Shown: positions 34,529 to 37,943 of the stretch, piece by piece
Layout: every line of letters begins with the position of its first letter
Numbering within the stretch: position 1 is the first letter of the stretch
Notes under the pieces: generated by a model
What the model was told of the DNA's origin: nothing
Seen by the model: only the letters and a program-made list of their open reading frames with translations
Database searches by the model: none
Assembly: GCA_031363505.1 (NCBI GenBank)
Contig: JANLUN010000544.1
Location: 1-37,943 of the forward strand
DNA from: Planctomycetota bacterium
GTDB lineage: Bacteria; Planctomycetota; UBA1135; GCA-002686595
Direction: 5' to 3'
DNA: 37,943 nucleotides
Made by a program: the position numbers and the translations under genes

Positions 34529-35161
34529 ATGACCAAGAATCAACCGAACGAATTCGAGTCACTGGAAGCTGCGCTCAGCGAGCTCGACGTGCCCGATGCC
34601 GTGCGCTGGGCTCACGCGCGCCAAGCGCTCGCCGAACGCGCTCTGGCGGAGGATCTCGTCGACGTCGCGTTCGAGCGTCACGAGTCGCCGCTCGGATCGT
34701 TGATTCTCGGCGCGACGTCCAAAGGGCTGGTTCGCGTCGGACTTCCCACCGATGGCGAAGACGCGGTGCTCGACGAGCTCGCGCGGCTGATCTCGCCGAA
34801 CGTACTGCGCTGCTCGCGCGAGTCGTTGAGCGTCGCACGCCATCAACTCGACGAGTACTTCAGCGGCCAGCGCCGCACGTTCGCCGTTCCGCTCGACTGG
34901 CGTTTGACGCGCGGCTTCCGTCGCGACGTGCTGCGCGCCACCGCGCAGATTCCGTACGGACACACGGCGTCGTACAAACACGTCGCCGCGCAGACCGGCA
35001 GACCGGCGGCGATTCGCGCGGCGGGGACGGCGCTCGCGACGAATCCGCTGCCGATCTTCGTCCCGTGTCATCGCGTCTTGCCCTCCAGCGGAAGGCTCGG
35101 CAACTACCGCGGCGGTGCAGAGGCGAAGGCGAAGCTCTTGGACCTCGAACGAGCGCGCTGA
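34529..35161 (+). CDS. ogt: Methylated-DNA--protein-cysteine methyltransferase (O6-alkylguanine-DNA alkyltransferase) with an N-terminal extension
   Basis: Active site IFVPCHRVL, plus IPYGHTASYKHVA and NPLPIFVPCHRV. The standard N-domain starts about residue 46 (VAFERHESPLGSLILGA). Confidence 0.9.
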   Translation: MTKNQPNEFESLEAALSELDVPDAVRWAHARQALAERALAEDLVDVAFERHESPLGSLILGATSKGLVRVGLPTDGEDAVLDELARLISPNVLRCSRESLSVARHQLDEYFSGQRRTFAVPLDWRLTRGFRRDVLRATAQIPYGHTASYKHVAAQTGRPAAIRAAGTALATNPLPIFVPCHRVLPSSGRLGNYRGGAEAKAKLLDLERAR

Positions 35162-35166
35162 GTTCG

Positions 35167-35181
35167 GACCGGAATCCGGTC
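35167..35181 (+). terminator. Weak hairpin after ogt
   Basis: gaccgg-aat-ccggtc, followed by acatttcc. The stem is short and the T tract poor. Confidence 0.25.
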
Positions 35182-35191
35182 ACATTTCCGC

Positions 35192-35232
35192 GGCAGGTTC
35201 CGCTGGCAGGACGTCCCCCCGAGGAACCTGCC
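35192..35232 (+). promoter_or_regulatory. Stem-loop overlapping the Shine-Dalgarno of the metalloprotease gene
   Basis: ggcaggttcc (35192-35201) pairs perfectly over 10 bp with ggaacctgcc (35223-35232), with a 21-nt loop. The SD GAGGA is at 35221-35225 and the ATG at 35233. Confidence 0.3.
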
Positions 35233-37943
35233 ATGAAACACCGCGCCCCGTCGTTCGCCACCGCATTCATCGTCGCCGCCAGCCTTGGTCTGTCCTCCGC
35301 GCGCGGCCAATCGTCCGCGGACGCATGGTCGCGCCTCGTCGCCCGGACGGGTCCCGGCGTCGAGCTCGTTCGCTCCGACCGCACCGCTCTCGAAGTCAGC
35401 GGCCGCGCGCGCGCGGCGGGTCCGCTACGCGACGCAGCGGACGTTCTGCGTGCGACGCTCGAAGTGTTGACGGCGGCCGAGGACCTCATCGGTGTGCCCG
35501 TCGCGCAGTTCGCGCGCACGCATCACAGCCAGGTCGCGGGAGTCCACGTCGTGCAACTCGAACAACGCGTGCACGAAGTGCCGGTCCGAGGGAGTTTCGT
35601 CGAGCTGCGTTGGAGCGACGAGGGCGATCTGCTCGCACTGCGCACCCTCGGTCTCTCCCGCAGCACCACGCACGGCGATTTCATCGTCGTGCGTGAGGAC
35701 GCCGCGGAGCTCGCGCGTCTCGCGATTCCTGACGTCGACAGCCGCCGGCTGTGGGCCGATTCGCCGACGCGCGAGCTCGTCGTCGTGGGCGAGGACCTGC
35801 GACCTGCGTGGACCGTCTTCGTCTGGAATCCGACGCGCGCTGGCGCGGAGTGGGCCGTGACGATCGACGGCGTCGATGGCACGGTTCGCGACGAGCGCTC
35901 GACCATCGTCGAAGGACTCGCCGGTTCGGTCGACGGCCGCGGCGCAGCCACGGGCGGGCTCAATTCCGGACCACCGGCTGTGCTCCCGATGGGCAACATC
36001 CAGGTATCCGCGATCGACCGCGGCGTGGGCCTCGTGCGCATCACGACCAACACATGCGGCGATGCGCAAGTCGTCATGAGCGCTGACGGCTCGCGCGTGG
36101 CGTGGAGCTCGTCGTGCGACGGCGATCGAGAACTCTGGACCGCGAGCAGCGACGGAAGCGGCTTGCTCAAACTCACCTCCAACACGACCGACGATCACTC
36201 GCCGGCGATCAGCGCCGACGGCTCGCGCATCGTGTTCGTCTCGAATGCCGGCGGTGACGACGAGATCTGGACGATCCTGTCGAACGGGGCGGGGCTCACG
36301 CAGCTCACGTTCAACACGGCGGCTGACCACTCGCCTTCGATCACGGGGGATGGCACGCGCGTGGCGTACATCTCGAAGGCCGACGGCGATGCGGAGCTCG
36401 CCACGTTGCTCGTCGCGAGCCCGTCGCCGGTCCAACTCACGTTCGACTCGACGGACGACGCCAGCCCGCGTATCGCGGCGGGTGGATCGCGCATCGTGTG
36501 GGTGTCGTGGAGCGACGGCGACGCCGACGTGTGCACGATCACTCCCGCAGGTACGGGGTTCGTGCGCGTCACGTTGAACTCGGTCGAGGACGGCGAGCCC
36601 GACATCCTCGCCGACGGCTCGCGCGTCGTGTTCGAGTCGAGCCTCGAACCGGAGGTGATCGCGCCCAGCGATCCGTCGGCACTCTCGATCAACGGCGGAG
36701 GCGGCGTCGGAACGTCATCCGGCGCCGGACTCGGTCGCGTCGGACGCCGACTCGTCCCGCCGCGCGACGTGTTCGAAGCTATGAGCGACGGCACCTCCCT
36801 CACGCGGCTCACCGACGGCGAAGCCGACGAGCGCAGTCCGTCGTACGCCACTGCCGGCGGCTGCGTCGCGTACGTGACGGACGAGGACGGCGACGCGGAG
36901 ATCGATCTGCTCGACATCGCCGGCGGGTCGGTGATGCGACTCACCGACAACGCCACGAAGGACGATGCGCCGCGCGCGTCGTCGACCTGCGGCCGCGGAG
37001 CCTGGGTCGCGAACGACGGCGACGGCGAGATCTTCGCGTGGAATCTCCTGCTCCCGGGCGCGTCGGCGCTCGGGTTTGCCAATGCCGCCGGCGCTTACAC
37101 GTTCCCGTGGGACGACAGCGCCTCACCGTCGGTGTCGACGCGACTGCGCGGCAAGTATGTGCGTGTAAGCGATCTCGACCCGCGCTGGTCGAACGCGCGC
37201 GCCAACGCAAGCGCGACCACGCCGACGACGACGGCGAATCTGCACTTGAATCCCAGCGGCGCCATCGAAGGTCCGACGGCGCAAGTCACGGCCTACTACC
37301 ACGCCAACCGCGCGCACGATTCGCTCGCGGCGATCCTCATGCGTCCGCCGCTCTCGATCCCAGCGCCGCTTCCGATCGATGCGGCTCTGAAAGTCCGCGC
37401 GAACGTCCCCGAGGTCGTCGCCAATGCGTTCTACAGCGCCTTGCGACGCGACGCGACGTTCTTCATCGGCGGCGGTCCGTCGCGCCCGAACACGGCGTGC
37501 GACACGTTCGTTCTCCACGAGTACGGACACTACTTCGACGACATGCACGGAGGACTGAGCGCCGGCTCGGCGTGCGAAGCGCCGAACGCGCTCAGCGAAG
37601 GCATCGGCGACACGGTCGCGATGTTCGTGACCGGGCAACAACTGATCGGGGAGGACTTCTACGGCACGGGCACGTGGGTCCGCGACTACACGCGTTCGTA
37701 CTGGCTCGGCGGCAGCGCCACCGGGGCGCAGCAGTACGGATGCGACACGTGCCCACCTCCACCGTCGGGAGTCTTGCCGGAAGTGCACGAGCACGGCACC
37801 GCGTTCGCGGGCTTCGCGTGGGATCTACGGACCGCGCTGGGCGCGACGACGGCTGAGAATCTGATCTTCGGCGCACTCACCATGAACCCACCCGACATGC
37901 AGTCGGCGGTCAACATGGTGTTCTCGCTGGCAGGGACGCCGGC
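35233..37943 (+). CDS. Secreted zinc metalloprotease (gluzincin, M4/M36-like) with an FTP/PepSY-like propeptide and an inserted seven-blade PD40 (TolB-like) propeller; 3' end cut by the window edge
   Basis: Own translation; the frame is open from ATG 35233 to the window end. The signal peptide is MKHRAPSFATAFIVAASLGLSSARG. There are seven units of the type SPxISADGSRIVFVS. HEYGH lies at 37516-37530 and the downstream Glu in NALSEGIGD at 37597-37599. It is not in the ORF track because there is no stop in the window. Confidence 0.85.
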   Translation, partial: MKHRAPSFATAFIVAASLGLSSARGQSSADAWSRLVARTGPGVELVRSDRTALEVSGRARAAGPLRDAADVLRATLEVLTAAEDLIGVPVAQFARTHHSQVAGVHVVQLEQRVHEVPVRGSFVELRWSDEGDLLALRTLGLSRSTTHGDFIVVREDAAELARLAIPDVDSRRLWADSPTRELVVVGEDLRPAWTVFVWNPTRAGAEWAVTIDGVDGTVRDERSTIVEGLAGSVDGRGAATGGLNSGPPAVLPMGNIQVSAIDRGVGLVRITTNTCGDAQVVMSADGSRVAWSSSCDGDRELWTASSDGSGLLKLTSNTTDDHSPAISADGSRIVFVSNAGGDDEIWTILSNGAGLTQLTFNTAADHSPSITGDGTRVAYISKADGDAELATLLVASPSPVQLTFDSTDDASPRIAAGGSRIVWVSWSDGDADVCTITPAGTGFVRVTLNSVEDGEPDILADGSRVVFESSLEPEVIAPSDPSALSINGGGGVGTSSGAGLGRVGRRLVPPRDVFEAMSDGTSLTRLTDGEADERSPSYATAGGCVAYVTDEDGDAEIDLLDIAGGSVMRLTDNATKDDAPRASSTCGRGAWVANDGDGEIFAWNLLLPGASALGFANAAGAYTFPWDDSASPSVSTRLRGKYVRVSDLDPRWSNARANASATTPTTTANLHLNPSGAIEGPTAQVTAYYHANRAHDSLAAILMRPPLSIPAPLPIDAALKVRANVPEVVANAFYSALRRDATFFIGGGPSRPNTACDTFVLHEYGHYFDDMHGGLSAGSACEAPNALSEGIGDTVAMFVTGQQLIGEDFYGTGTWVRDYTRSYWLGGSATGAQQYGCDTCPPPPSGVLPEVHEHGTAFAGFAWDLRTALGATTAENLIFGALTMNPPDMQSAVNMVFSLAGTP

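Noticed and set aside
35425-37856. ORFs 35425-36435 -, 36195-37082 -, 36498-37856 + and 37123-37794 -
   Set aside because: They overlap the edge-truncated protease frame, which has a signal peptide, PD40 units and HExxH. They are Arg- or Ser-rich shadows.
1-37943. Genomic island, prophage, mobile element, or tRNA/rRNA genes
   Set aside because: I saw no integrase, transposase or phage genes, no flanking direct repeats and no tRNA-like sequences. Composition is uniform except for the small patch at 33477-33933.

Overview
This is a high-GC chromosomal segment (by eye about two-thirds G+C, with very high GC3 in real genes). It comes from a diderm bacterium: it has lipoprotein and signal peptides, a porin-like protein and a sigma-54-type promoter. 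The gene content resembles Myxococcota or a similar soil lineage, but that is a low-confidence inference. I support about 35 protein-coding genes. Two run off the window edges and are absent from the ORF track (1..1312 minus, 35233..37943 plus). Many long ORFs in the track are Arg/Ala-rich shadow frames of real genes, which is typical of high-GC DNA.

Recognisable genes are:
- a Ku-LigD NHEJ operon
- BON-domain protein, Bcp peroxiredoxin, EamA exporter, RsgA, Tag glycosylase
- two ABC transporter pairs
- a flavodoxin-like oxidoreductase, a 2-hydroxyacid dehydrogenase, dienelactone hydrolase
- a cytochrome b562-like protein, ACT-domain protein, HutD, SUI1/YciH
- a 2OG-Fe(II) oxygenase, a long TPR protein, an SGNH hydrolase
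- an ECF sigma factor, Ogt, MgtC-family protein, YaeQ and a cyclophilin

I found no rRNA, tRNA, CRISPR array, transposase, integrase or known defence gene.

I cannot point to one clear-cut novel system. The candidates most worth follow-up are:
1. An ECF sigma factor paired with an N-terminally extended Ogt, with no recognisable anti-sigma factor. It is followed by a secreted gluzincin protease that has a seven-blade PD40 propeller inserted before the catalytic domain and a hairpin covering its Shine-Dalgarno.
2. A Cys-containing module of about 130-170 aa present twice: at the C-terminus of a 935-aa propeller protein and as a stand-alone secreted protein.
3. A 560-aa GNAT-like protein translationally coupled (ATGA) to an EamA exporter.
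4. A Bcp peroxiredoxin with a histone-H1-like Lys/Ala/Pro tail.
5. A lipoprotein-type 2-hydroxyacid dehydrogenase leading an ABC-exporter/dienelactone-hydrolase gene string.

All functional calls rest on motif recognition by eye. No database search was run.
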